Assembly: GCA_040390125.1 (NCBI GenBank)
Contig: JAZJYZ010000001.1
Span: forward strand, 506,396 to 570,395
Direction: 5' to 3'
Source of the DNA: Patescibacteria group bacterium
GTDB taxonomy: Bacteria > Patescibacteriota > Minisyncoccia > Phycocordibacterales > Phycocordibacteraceae
DNA length: 64,000 nucleotides
Under the pieces are notes generated by a model. That model saw only the letters and a program-made list of their open reading frames with translations. It was not told the DNA's origin and ran no database searches. Position 1 is the first letter of the stretch; every line of letters starts with the position of its first letter. Both the position numbers and the translations under genes were made by a program. Shown piece after piece: positions 10,701 to 17,441 of the stretch.

Positions 10701-12496
10701 CTAATCCACCGAACATTACCGACCCGACGCCTGAGTTCTCTGCGATCTATAACGATCCTGATGCTACCGACTCAGCAATGAACTATAAAATTCAAGTTGC
10801 TACGTCCTCTTCGTTCACAAGCCTCAAATGGGACTCAGGCAAAACCGCCCTCGGTGTCCCTACGGCCCAAGGCTCTCGCATCGCTGACATTTCATACGCC
10901 GGCTCCGCTCTCGCATCCTCCACCACCTACTACTGGCGCATAAAATTCTGGGACGTGGCTGATGCAGAAGGTGAGTGGAGTACCGCAACTTCCACTTTCG
11001 CCCTCGCCTCAAGCTATACACCACCCCCTGCTCAGACAGGAGGTATCCAGAACATTTCTTTCACCTACGACGCTGTTGGTAATATCACACTTCTTACAGA
11101 ATCCGCCACTTCAACTGGCCTCTATCGAAGCGTCACCTACACGTATGACACCCTATATCGCTTAACGAACGCTAGTACGACCGTTGCCTCATCAACTCCA
11201 TACTCTCGTTCATACACATACAGCAAGCTTGGCAATATGCTTTCGTCCGACCTCGGTGCGTATGCATATGCGGGCACAGGATACGCCAACTCCCATGCAG
11301 TGACGTCGATAGGAAACGGCATTGCCACTACTACCTATGGATATGACAACAATGGGAACCTCATCACTTCCGGCTCAAACACCTACGCGTGGGACTACAG
11401 GAACCACCTCACCTCCACAACAGTTGGCGGTATCGTTACCTCCTTCGGATATGATCACACGGCTAATAGAATGTTTAAATCCACAAACTTCGCCACCACC
11501 ACAACCCCCAATAAGTACTACACCACCACCTCAGCCACAACCACCAAAAACATATTCACTCCCGGTGGAGAGTTGATTGCCACAATCATCGGTACAGGCG
11601 CAAACGCAACGACCACGTACGTACATACAGATTGGTTAGGGGGGACGAACGTAGTCACGAATGAAGATTCAGACACTGTTGAAGTTGAAGATCCATATCC
11701 GTATGGGGCATCGAGAATAAGCGAGACGTATGGCGTGTCGAAAAACCAACGACAATTTGCTGGAACCGAGAGGGATAGTGAAGTGAATTTGGACTACATG
11801 ATTAATCGTTTTTACGATCCGTCCCGAGGACAATTTATCTCGGAAGATCCTACATTTTGGAGACGACAGAATCTCGAAAATCCACAGAGTTTTAATTCTT
11901 ATTCGTATGCGGAAGGGAATCCTATAAATAAAAAAGATCCTGAGGGACTTGAAGCATATGGAGTCGGTATAACTATAGGAGCTGAGGGTGGGCTTGGAGT
12001 TTTTGCAGGTTTCACATTTAGTGCAGGGCTTAGTTATGTACACAATCCAGATACTGACCAACGTTGGTTTGCGGCACCAGTTAGCTTTGGTAGTACAGCA
12101 GGAATATTTGGATCTAGTGTCAGTTATCCGAAATCTGATATATCGCCAACAGTAATGGGGGCATATGCCGGAGCTGGTTTAAATGTAAATTACTCGCCCA
12201 ATGCAAAAACACCGAATGATATCCGTGGTGTTCAAACCAGCTTAAATTTCAATATTCCCGCCGCTTCGGTTTCTATACAAGGTGGGCAAACAAATTCCCC
12301 GACAATATCAGGCGGGCTAGGAGTCAAAGGAGTTGGATCTGGAAGTATGTATTCTGTGCAAACTTGGGCACCAGCTGTAAGTTTTAGTACAATCAAGACT
12401 GTTACAAGCAGTATGGTAGGCTCATTGCAGACAGCTATTAATCAACTTCAACAAAAAACAAACACGACCAGTAATCAGAGTAAGAAAAAACCATGA
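4760..12496 (+). CDS. Giant (2578 aa) surface/secreted polymorphic toxin: N-terminal signal/TM anchor, SpvB/TcB-like N-domain, FG-GAP/VCBS-like Ca-binding beta-propeller repeats, RHS/YD-repeat shell interrupted by an acidic low-complexity + FN3-like insertion, RHS core ending DPEGL, C-terminal Gly-rich toxin tip
   Basis: Motifs: ...PIAIPPGRNGLQPDITLEYNSQ...GYGWSL (SpvB/TcB-N); DVNGDGKADVV, EINGDGLPDYV, DMNGDGLDDWV, MDMNGDGLPDFV (FG-GAP-like); many YxYDxxGNL YD repeats; core ...RQFAGTERDSEVNLDYMINRFYDPSRGQFISEDP...NPINKKDPEGL; single uninterrupted ORF. Confidence 0.85.
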   Translation: MKYRGPSSPVRISLSTRLLSKTPAFMLAFFIFFGVLVAQNIYAFGTGEPTVFNPNVFGFESSNLKVEGPTGALTERIPIAIPPGRNGLQPDITLEYNSQRTEDSIVGYGWSLSIPYIQRMNKAGSQDLYSADAVFSSSMDGELVQVSTTTVTHRARVDTGASNSYSFSGNTWTVYDKKGTRYTFGMDDASRQYDSATTSARTYTWMLSEIRDTNDNTVVFHYTRDGNQLYPSQINYTGSAAVEGPLAVTFATSTRPDVRESYKTGFKVTTNYRISEIDTLIASSTVGKYLLSYGTGSNGVRSLLTSIQQQGYDENNTLSSLPAMTFAYASSSSMFYTLSSGGDILLNSQVEIPSDVNGNGKNDITGFYYNHNNSTVGADLYIDQSTTVTGITPPDYWGRKSGANLVPEERGTRYLDVNGDGKADVVKGLEDNYNATTTRSLYVNSYATSTDAYSWTASTTYTGTIPLFGYSSTYLTLTSGLFGEINGDGLPDYVMALPGYTGTETYLGNGSTWNATTTTFAPIYNMPTTAPTENASQLIDMNGDGLDDWVYSIGSNTYARLNNGTGWNGSASSQWTIATSTLYQTSVGGSTVYYDRGIRFMDMNGDGLPDFVRSYYMPTHTACTGVAQGEVATVKQVLLNTGNGWATSTAYTLPEYIVYGVVDSSSPCNFTGVFSHREYSNWIGNGQMKQDVMTRSTSAKGAEKSIIYTPSTQLGTNPELPASLLVVTEMGESDGFGNTATTSYQYSGGKVYLANGIRDRKFAGFALSTSTSPDSVAVTYFSQGTGLNTTLGEQTNGYAQINRPFRKDLFDLSNVLKKHTYYRWDSSTIASSTFVGLGRELILDYATDGSTHRDKGTDFLYASTTNDLLRTIEYGEVSGSSDGTFSDIGTDKRTTLFTYTASTSVNMSVPRSKTLSDYSNATTTDERYYYDTLSFGNVTKGNKTTSEKLKSGITYVSSQNAYNSYGLPTSATDPRGKVTTYNYDSKNLYIATSTNPLSQTTQFYYDYSLGKPKQTIDPNGRIFETTYDGVDRPLAEKQPNISNPTSLVNKKTYAYTDTIGSRKIIETNYLDGSTDFTFHTYLDGLNRPIQTRKEAETADQFSVKDFVYNNAGLLKKESLPYFSGGSSKTSASATDALYSRYTYDALKRPLTIANAVGTTTNTYGAWIATTTDALGNARGLAYDAFGRLVQVTLPDTGNVTAYTYDTVGNLSSITDANANVRNFTYDALGRRLTAEDVHAGGDGTYGTWSYVYDASGNLASTTDPKSQQVDYMYDDINRLLTENYTGQGGTEVSYAYDSCTEGIGRLCIATSTDAISSFTYNALGLTASESKNIASTVYLTSYAYDRQSNITGIVYPDNSEVEYSYNTAGLLESVAQKESGDSFLNLISDFDYTPTEKVTFKAFANGIQSTYDYDANTLYRLANIYTSASSTEGGGGMGFGGSFWSNIARAVENFPFALRGKLAFAEELSEIPAILETELNLENPSSSETPEEPVLPEVAELAVPEESILSEPIEEENAPLTPPVVEMFESTSTESMIESETEEVPAVIQEVEGEVLVEDEASPKTEVEKDLPFETIRAAVEGRSASERASIKGQEVAKISSIPRTPRKGYDIEIVSMEPIDGGIQVFVRAWKNCKLLCNSSDPAMQEESLSETDSRRDDDMQIGFGLDGSVDMERFRIFNPPILVEDEKGDIVRNWEDPDSKKLEEHRFREDPKEALLQVIEQNLSIMKNIHTDGKIIPEKRGNTTDTYYPDANPESTSTDGFTDDDNNWNYHRSWAQVHDGDGTQGRQSANATSEYLSVLADKGNDGGLYYHMRRTHILFDTSAIGSGDIVSSATLSIYGVSKSDGQSDSLYVTDTNPASTTEIVATDMDNVTIHGATAYATPITVASFSTSGYNNFSLNSNGLAAVNKIGISKFSLRLGLDFNETSSHDSPPGSADNYLSMYASDQSGTANDPKLVVEHTAAPNSTSTPPTNLLAEGQTNPPNITDPTPEFSAIYNDPDATDSAMNYKIQVATSSSFTSLKWDSGKTALGVPTAQGSRIADISYAGSALASSTTYYWRIKFWDVADAEGEWSTATSTFALASSYTPPPAQTGGIQNISFTYDAVGNITLLTESATSTGLYRSVTYTYDTLYRLTNASTTVASSTPYSRSYTYSKLGNMLSSDLGAYAYAGTGYANSHAVTSIGNGIATTTYGYDNNGNLITSGSNTYAWDYRNHLTSTTVGGIVTSFGYDHTANRMFKSTNFATTTTPNKYYTTTSATTTKNIFTPGGELIATIIGTGANATTTYVHTDWLGGTNVVTNEDSDTVEVEDPYPYGASRISETYGVSKNQRQFAGTERDSEVNLDYMINRFYDPSRGQFISEDPTFWRRQNLENPQSFNSYSYAEGNPINKKDPEGLEAYGVGITIGAEGGLGVFAGFTFSAGLSYVHNPDTDQRWFAAPVSFGSTAGIFGSSVSYPKSDISPTVMGAYAGAGLNVNYSPNAKTPNDIRGVQTSLNFNIPAASVSIQGGQTNSPTISGGLGVKGVGSGSMYSVQTWAPAVSFSTIKTVTSSMVGSLQTAINQLQQKTNTTSNQSKKKP

Positions 12497-12497
12497 T

Positions 12498-13016
12498 ATG
12501 AAAAACCTATATAAGCGATTGTTTGATTATAGTGAGAATATTCAATTTGAATGCGTTGTTTCCATGGAAGAGGCATTAAAGCGATTAGCAGAAAAACTAC
12601 AAAAGCAGAGTGTCTTTATATTTTTAACTTCTACCGTATCGCATCCGTCGCTTATGGGGCAAATAACAAAAAATTCAGTTAAATTGCACAGAGTCGTTCC
12701 TTTTCTGGGCAATATTTATAAGCCAATTTTTTACGGAAGATTTAATAACAAAAATGGAAAAATTGTATTAGAAGGAATGTTTACAATGAGTCCCATCGCC
12801 AAGATCTCAACCCTCCTTTTCTTAACAATCTTTGTGGCTATTGAAATAATTATGCTTCCAGTAGGATTTGCTCAAGCTGATCCATCTGCAATATTATTAC
12901 TATTTGCGATTCCTATTATTGCCTTTCTTCCAGTCTGTTTCCTATTTCTTGGTAGGCGTTTAGCTAGGAATGACATGGAATGGATTTCAAATCACATCAA
13001 ATCAACACTAGCCTGA
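12498..13016 (+). CDS. Candidate cognate immunity protein (C-terminal 2-TM membrane protein)
   Basis: Starts 2 nt after toxin stop; hydrophobic helices ...ISTLLFLTIFVAIEIIMLPVGF... and ...ILLLFAIPIIAFLPVCFLFLG...; position immediately 3' of RHS tip. Confidence 0.5.
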   Translation: MKNLYKRLFDYSENIQFECVVSMEEALKRLAEKLQKQSVFIFLTSTVSHPSLMGQITKNSVKLHRVVPFLGNIYKPIFYGRFNNKNGKIVLEGMFTMSPIAKISTLLFLTIFVAIEIIMLPVGFAQADPSAILLLFAIPIIAFLPVCFLFLGRRLARNDMEWISNHIKSTLA

Positions 13017-13046
13017 AATAGTGTTCTTCTCTAACTACAATTAATC

Positions 13047-13442
13047 ATGAACTTCGGTGACGTAAAAACTATACTTGAATCTCTCACCGAGTTGGTTAAA
13101 AAAACTGCTACTCTCGATCTGCAAGAAAAGATTGTGAATTTGCGTGAGTACATTATTTCTATTAAGGACGAAAATATTACATTGAAAGAAGAGAATCAGG
13201 CTCTTAAACTCGAACTTTCTACAGAGCATGATTTTTTTCTTAAGAACGGTTTGTATTGGAGGGAGGGCGATCAAGTGCCATTTTGTCAAAAATGCTTGGA
13301 TGGTTCCAAAAAACGCATTCATCTCCAACCTTGGAATACCACCGGAGGATGGAAGTGTTTTGAATGTACTAGCTATTACAACCCTCAGCGTGGTGCGGAT
13401 GTTCATGTCTTCAGACCGAATAGACAAAATCCTGCTCGTTAG
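13047..13442 (+). CDS. Hypothetical protein with coiled-coil N-terminus and C-terminal CxxC...CxxC zinc-ribbon-like motif
   Basis: ...PFCQKCLDGSKKRIHLQPWNTTGGWKCFECTSYY...; no family recognised. Confidence 0.4.
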   Translation: MNFGDVKTILESLTELVKKTATLDLQEKIVNLREYIISIKDENITLKEENQALKLELSTEHDFFLKNGLYWREGDQVPFCQKCLDGSKKRIHLQPWNTTGGWKCFECTSYYNPQRGADVHVFRPNRQNPAR

Positions 13443-13525
13443 ATGAGTATTTCTTTTCATAGACACCGTCAGTATCGCCACAATCGGGTAAGTCCAGTTA
13501 ATTCAGCGAAGACTTTTGGTAACTC

Positions 13526-14932
13526 ATGAAATCAGTGAAAATCCTTCGCCGTGTGCGAGTTACCGTAAAACCCCACACTTTCTCACTGGATCCAATGTGG
13601 TCTGCTTTCCTCCAGTACAAGGGGAGAGTGGTCGAAAGCCCACAAAGGAACGCCACAAATCTCTTAAGCCCGTACTGGCCGCCCAACAGGGAGAGTGCAT
13701 TCTTGTTCCCAGAATATGGAGAGGGTGTCGATGCAGTTCCTACTACTACCTATGGATATGACCAAAGCGGCAATTTGACGAGTGCAAACTCAAATCTCTA
13801 TGGCTGGGATTTTAAGAACCGAATGGCATCAACTACGGTTGGCGGCATCGTTACCACATTTGGATACGACCACGGGATCGAGCGGGTTTTCAAGAGTACG
13901 AATTTCGCAACTACAACGTATCCTTCGAAATATTATTCCGCTACTAGTGCAACGACCACCAAGTATGTATTTGCTGGAGATGAGCTGATTGCGACCATTA
14001 CCACTTCTGGAGCGACATCAACAAAACAATATATTCATAATGACCATCTCGGAGGAACGAACGTCGTGACGGATGAAGACTCTAACACAGTGCAGGCTCT
14101 GGATTACTATCCGTATGGCAGTGAGAGGATAGACCAAAACTACGGGGGTTCTCCGTCTCAAAAAACTTACATCGGACTTTATTCAGATTCGGAAACAGAT
14201 CTTCTGTATGCCAAAGCGCGATATCTTGAACCTTCACGCGGGCAGTTCATAAGTCAGGATCCGGTTTTTTGGGAAATCGGGTTAACTCAAGACGGGCGAA
14301 ACGCTCTGATTAATCCACAGGCAGCCAATTCGTATTCGTACGCAGAAGACAATCCAATCACAAAGAAAGATCCAGACGGTAGATGCGCAGGTCCGTTTAT
14401 AGCAGCTGCGCCGGTATGTCTCGGCGTAGCATATGGAATAATAGAAACTGCGGCCACTAATCCTGATGCAACTTTCGGTCAGTATGTAGTTGGTGCAGTT
14501 AGTGGAGGTATCCAAGGTGGATTGCTCGAAGCAAGAATAGTTGGAGGGGCAATATTAGGATTTGGTTCCTCGTTAGCTCAAGATTATGTTGGTGGTCAGT
14601 CACTAAACTTCCAAAGGGCTTTCGTTGCTGCAGGTTCCAATGCAGTTGGAGCTGGCACTATTAAATCCGCTGTTAGTGGGGTTACAAATGTAGCCGCACA
14701 AGCAGGAGGTACGCTTTCTTTAAACGCTGGTTCTAGAGCTGTTGCTTCTGGGATTTCTGGAGGATATCAAACAGTTACTAACGTAAGCGCACAACGATCT
14801 TTTGCACCAGTAATTTCGCAACCTTCGAATTCTAATGCTTCAAAATCCACCTCGCCCTCATCGAGTGGAGGTGGGTTTGTTGGGCAAGTAGTGAATTCAA
14901 TTAAAAGTTTCGTATCTAGCATATTCAAATGA
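13526..14932 (+). CDS. Orphan RHS C-terminal cassette (RHS core fragment ending DPDGR + alternative Gly-rich toxin tip)
   Basis: ~65% aa similarity to aa ~2190-2390 of the giant RHS protein (TTTYGYDxxGNL...STTVGGIVT.FGYDH...KSTNFATTT...DHLGGTNVVTDEDSNTV...YYPYGSERI...SRGQFISQDP...NSYSYAEDNPITKKDPDGR) followed by unrelated Gly-zipper-like C-terminus; N-terminal 70 aa of ORF have no homology so the annotated ATG may not be used. Confidence 0.7.
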   Translation: MKSVKILRRVRVTVKPHTFSLDPMWSAFLQYKGRVVESPQRNATNLLSPYWPPNRESAFLFPEYGEGVDAVPTTTYGYDQSGNLTSANSNLYGWDFKNRMASTTVGGIVTTFGYDHGIERVFKSTNFATTTYPSKYYSATSATTTKYVFAGDELIATITTSGATSTKQYIHNDHLGGTNVVTDEDSNTVQALDYYPYGSERIDQNYGGSPSQKTYIGLYSDSETDLLYAKARYLEPSRGQFISQDPVFWEIGLTQDGRNALINPQAANSYSYAEDNPITKKDPDGRCAGPFIAAAPVCLGVAYGIIETAATNPDATFGQYVVGAVSGGIQGGLLEARIVGGAILGFGSSLAQDYVGGQSLNFQRAFVAAGSNAVGAGTIKSAVSGVTNVAAQAGGTLSLNAGSRAVASGISGGYQTVTNVSAQRSFAPVISQPSNSNASKSTSPSSSGGGFVGQVVNSIKSFVSSIFK

Positions 14933-15387
14933 AATATAAACCTAGATTAATTTGGAGTGGATCCATTGCAAGTGGACTCTTATTAATAATCTTGCTGGCT
15001 CTTAATGGCTTTCTTAGTAATCCGCTTTTATGGACAGATAAATTCGCCCTCTTACCCTTTGTTTTACTAATATTTATGGGTCTACACGTTCTTTTTGGAA
15101 TGTATGTTTTCTTTGATGAATCAAAATTATGCCGCGTGGATTTCTTTATATGGAGGAGTTGCATCGCTATCGCGGATATCCAAAGTGTTGTATACCAATC
15201 CTCCTTAATCTTTGGAGGACCAAATAAAACCGTTTCTGTTTTTGATGCAAAAGGGAAGAAGGTATTTATGGAGAGCATGCCTTTTGGCAAAGAAATGCAG
15301 AAGGATTTAATCGATAAACTTATACGCCTCAACCCCTCTATTAGATTGAATGAAGATGCCGAGGCACTTCTTCGTGAAAATAAATGA
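14929..15387 (+). CDS. Candidate immunity protein for orphan RHS tip (multi-TM membrane protein)
   Basis: ATGA overlap with orphan toxin stop; TM helices ...IASGLLLIILLALNGFL... and ...ALLPFVLLIFMGLHVLFGMYVFF... Confidence 0.5.
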   Translation: MKYKPRLIWSGSIASGLLLIILLALNGFLSNPLLWTDKFALLPFVLLIFMGLHVLFGMYVFFDESKLCRVDFFIWRSCIAIADIQSVVYQSSLIFGGPNKTVSVFDAKGKKVFMESMPFGKEMQKDLIDKLIRLNPSIRLNEDAEALLRENK

Positions 15388-15630
15388 TTCATACACACCG
15401 ACGATACCGCCACGGCAGTACAAATCCAGCTCAAATCTTGCAGATTGTTGGTAAGTCACTCTGTATCTCATCAGGTTGCTTTACAAGGAAGCTGGGCATT
15501 GTAGAGTTTGTTTACTATGGCAGATAACATAGACCTAAAAAGGACATCCAGCTTTACTTTAGAGGCAACAGATATAGTCATTCGCGAAGAAAATGGGGTC
15601 AGCCACCATTTTCAGTGATACGATACCTCC

Positions 15631-16308
15631 ATGCCTCGCATCCAGCGTACCGACATTGGTAATCATGTCTATCATGTTTTAAACCGTGCCAACGCACGAG
15701 CACAGATTTTCGACTCCAAAGAGGACTACCTTCTCTTCGAGAGCATTCTAGAAGAGGCAGTAGAGAAGTTTGATATGCGTCTTCTTGCCTATTGCCTCAT
15801 GCCTAACCATTGGCATTTCGTGCTCTATCCCCGAGCCGATGGTGACCTCGCCGCCTTCATGGGTTGGCTCACCAATACACATACCAGACGGTGGCATGTA
15901 GCCAAGAAAACCATCGGTCACGGACATCTCTACCAAGGACGATATAAATCATTTCTCTGTCAGACTGATTCGCACTTCTTGACTCTAGTGAGATACGTTG
16001 AGAGGAATGCCAAAAAAGCAAACCTCGTGCGGCGGGCGGAAAATTGGAAGTGGTCCAGTGTGTGGAGAAGAGAGGAGGGAACACTAGAACAAAAGAAAAT
16101 CCTTACGGAATGGCCGGTATCAATGCCACCACACTATCTTGCTCTACTCAATGAACCGCAAACTAAAGCAGAAGAAGATGCTCTGGAGCGGTCAATTGCA
16201 AAAAATATACCATTCGGGAGTGAGAAATGGCGTGATGTTATTATTAAAAAGCATGGTCTTGAACAAACACTCCACTCGGTCGGAAGACCTCGAAAGAATG
16301 GTGGCTGA
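15631..16308 (+). CDS. REP-associated tyrosine transposase / IS200-IS605-like Y1 HUH transposase (TnpA_REP family)
   Basis: ...HVYHVLNRANARAQIF...LLAYCLMPNHWHFVLYP... (HUH motif H-W-H + hydrophobic) and downstream Tyr-containing region ...RYVERNAKKANL...; 225 aa. Confidence 0.75.
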   Translation: MPRIQRTDIGNHVYHVLNRANARAQIFDSKEDYLLFESILEEAVEKFDMRLLAYCLMPNHWHFVLYPRADGDLAAFMGWLTNTHTRRWHVAKKTIGHGHLYQGRYKSFLCQTDSHFLTLVRYVERNAKKANLVRRAENWKWSSVWRREEGTLEQKKILTEWPVSMPPHYLALLNEPQTKAEEDALERSIAKNIPFGSEKWRDVIIKKHGLEQTLHSVGRPRKNGG

Positions 16309-16516
16309 CCCCATTTCTGACCCCATTTCCCAAGAAAGCTCGCAAAGCAGCTCAATGGAGCAAAAGATAGCTTCGGCATATTTTGGAGAATCTTACGATG
16401 TTGAAGGTGACTTCGCAGAGTTTTCCTCTGTCTGGCATCCCCCTCAACCCTCATTTCCTGAAAAAATTTCCTTCGCACTTCCACTCGCTGAAGTCAGTAG
16501 TAATGCTTGACAAATA

Positions 16517-17005
16517 TTGTATTTAGTGATGATATGTAAAGCCACTATGACTAACTTCGATTCAAGACCTGAGGGAAGATTTATGCCAGCATTTCGTGAA
16601 CCTACTTCACAAGGGCCTGCTCCTGAGCAATTTGTCCCACGAATGGAAACACTAACCAGGAGACCCGAAGGACAGGTACCTTCTATGACAAATGTCAGAA
16701 GGCTTAATTTGCCCCCTGGAGATTTCGGTCCTCAAGGCTATCGTTACGAACCAGCAACTCACTCTAAGCATTACTCCTTACCACGACGGTTAGGGTACTT
16801 GGTTGCTTCAATGATTGGTGCAGCTATGGGGCTTGCAGGTCTTATTGGCGGACCAGCTCTGGCGTATTTTGCTTTAACAACAGCCCCCTTTGTTAGCTTC
16901 ATCTTTGCGGTTCCCGTAGCTGCAGGGCTTGCCCTTGGTGTGTTGGGTGCCGCTCTGTTAGTTGGTACTCGTGATGCATTTAAAGTTGCAGCAGGAAAGG
17001 ATTAG
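16517..17005 (+). CDS. Hypothetical membrane protein (Pro/Gly-rich N-terminus, two C-terminal TM helices)
   Basis: ...LGYLVASMIGAAMGLAGLIGGPALAYFALTTAPFVSFIFAVPVAAGLALGVLGAALLV...; followed by rho-independent terminator. Confidence 0.4.
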   Translation: MYLVMICKATMTNFDSRPEGRFMPAFREPTSQGPAPEQFVPRMETLTRRPEGQVPSMTNVRRLNLPPGDFGPQGYRYEPATHSKHYSLPRRLGYLVASMIGAAMGLAGLIGGPALAYFALTTAPFVSFIFAVPVAAGLALGVLGAALLVGTRDAFKVAAGKD

Positions 17006-17042
17006 ATAAGAATCTTTTTTCTGTACTATCTTATTCCTGAAC

Positions 17043-17071
17043 GCCGTTCACATCACGTGAACGGGTTTTTT
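17043..17071 (+). terminator. Rho-independent terminator (CCGTTCACATCACGTGAACGG + GTTTTTT)
   Basis: Perfect 8-bp stem hairpin followed by T-run directly after 16517..17005. Confidence 0.7.
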
Positions 17072-17441
17072 ACATTGTGTTTTTGGAAATGGCGTCAGCC
17101 ACCATATTTTATGATTAACACCCTCACCATTTCTGCCCCCACTTTCTGAATTGTAGTTAATTATCCTGGGTATACTGAAACCCAGTATGATGTTGGAAAA
17201 TTTAAACAAATTAAAAATTGGAGAGCAATCTCAAATACTTAATTTTCAAAATTCGAAGCCTACCAAAAACGAACTCCATGTATCGTACGGAGGAAGTATT
17301 ACATCAAAAGAGATGTTGCAAATTGAAGGCGGTCTTGCTGTAGGAGTTCTTATGCTCCTCTTTATACATTTTTTAAAAAGAGATTCTCCAAAAAATAAAT
17401 AAATTCATTGACGTTTCCTAAAATTTAGGGCATATTATAAA

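Larger units (their letters stand above)
4375..16364. mobile_element. Putative ~12-kb integrated accessory island bounded by an exact 34-bp direct repeat of the rpsI 3' end (4375-4408 = 16331-16364, CAAGAAAGCTCGCAAAGCAGCTCAATGGAGCAAA)
   Basis: Repeat copy 1 is the in-frame end of rpsI; copy 2 is out of frame in non-coding context next to a Y1 transposase gene; cargo = RHS toxin/immunity modules. Confidence 0.55.
15591..17110. repeat. Imperfect direct repeat GAAATGG(G/C)GTCAGCCACCAT(T/A)TT at 15591-15615 and 17087-17110 bracketing the transposase gene, the rpsI-remnant and a membrane-protein ORF
   Basis: Read directly; second copy lies just 3' of a terminator hairpin (17043-17071). Confidence 0.5.

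Noticed and set aside
4760-12496. Numerous antisense or alternate-frame ORFs inside the giant RHS gene (e.g. 9031..9531 -, 6604..6849 -, 9605..9955 -, 10524..10781 +)
   Set aside because: They are embedded in a long, clearly coding, motif-rich ORF and have low-complexity translations typical of repeat-region shadows.
16139-16510. 123-aa ORF in the six-frame track spanning the transposase 3' end and the rpsI-remnant
   Set aside because: It overlaps the 3' 170 nt of the Y1 transposase gene in another frame. It also translates the duplicated rpsI segment out of its native frame, and it has no recognisable motif. I treat it as non-coding junction sequence.
17187-17402. 71-aa ORF between the transposase unit and grpE
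   Set aside because: It is AT-rich with a low-complexity translation and lies in the likely grpE promoter region. It could be a real small membrane peptide, but it is not supportable.
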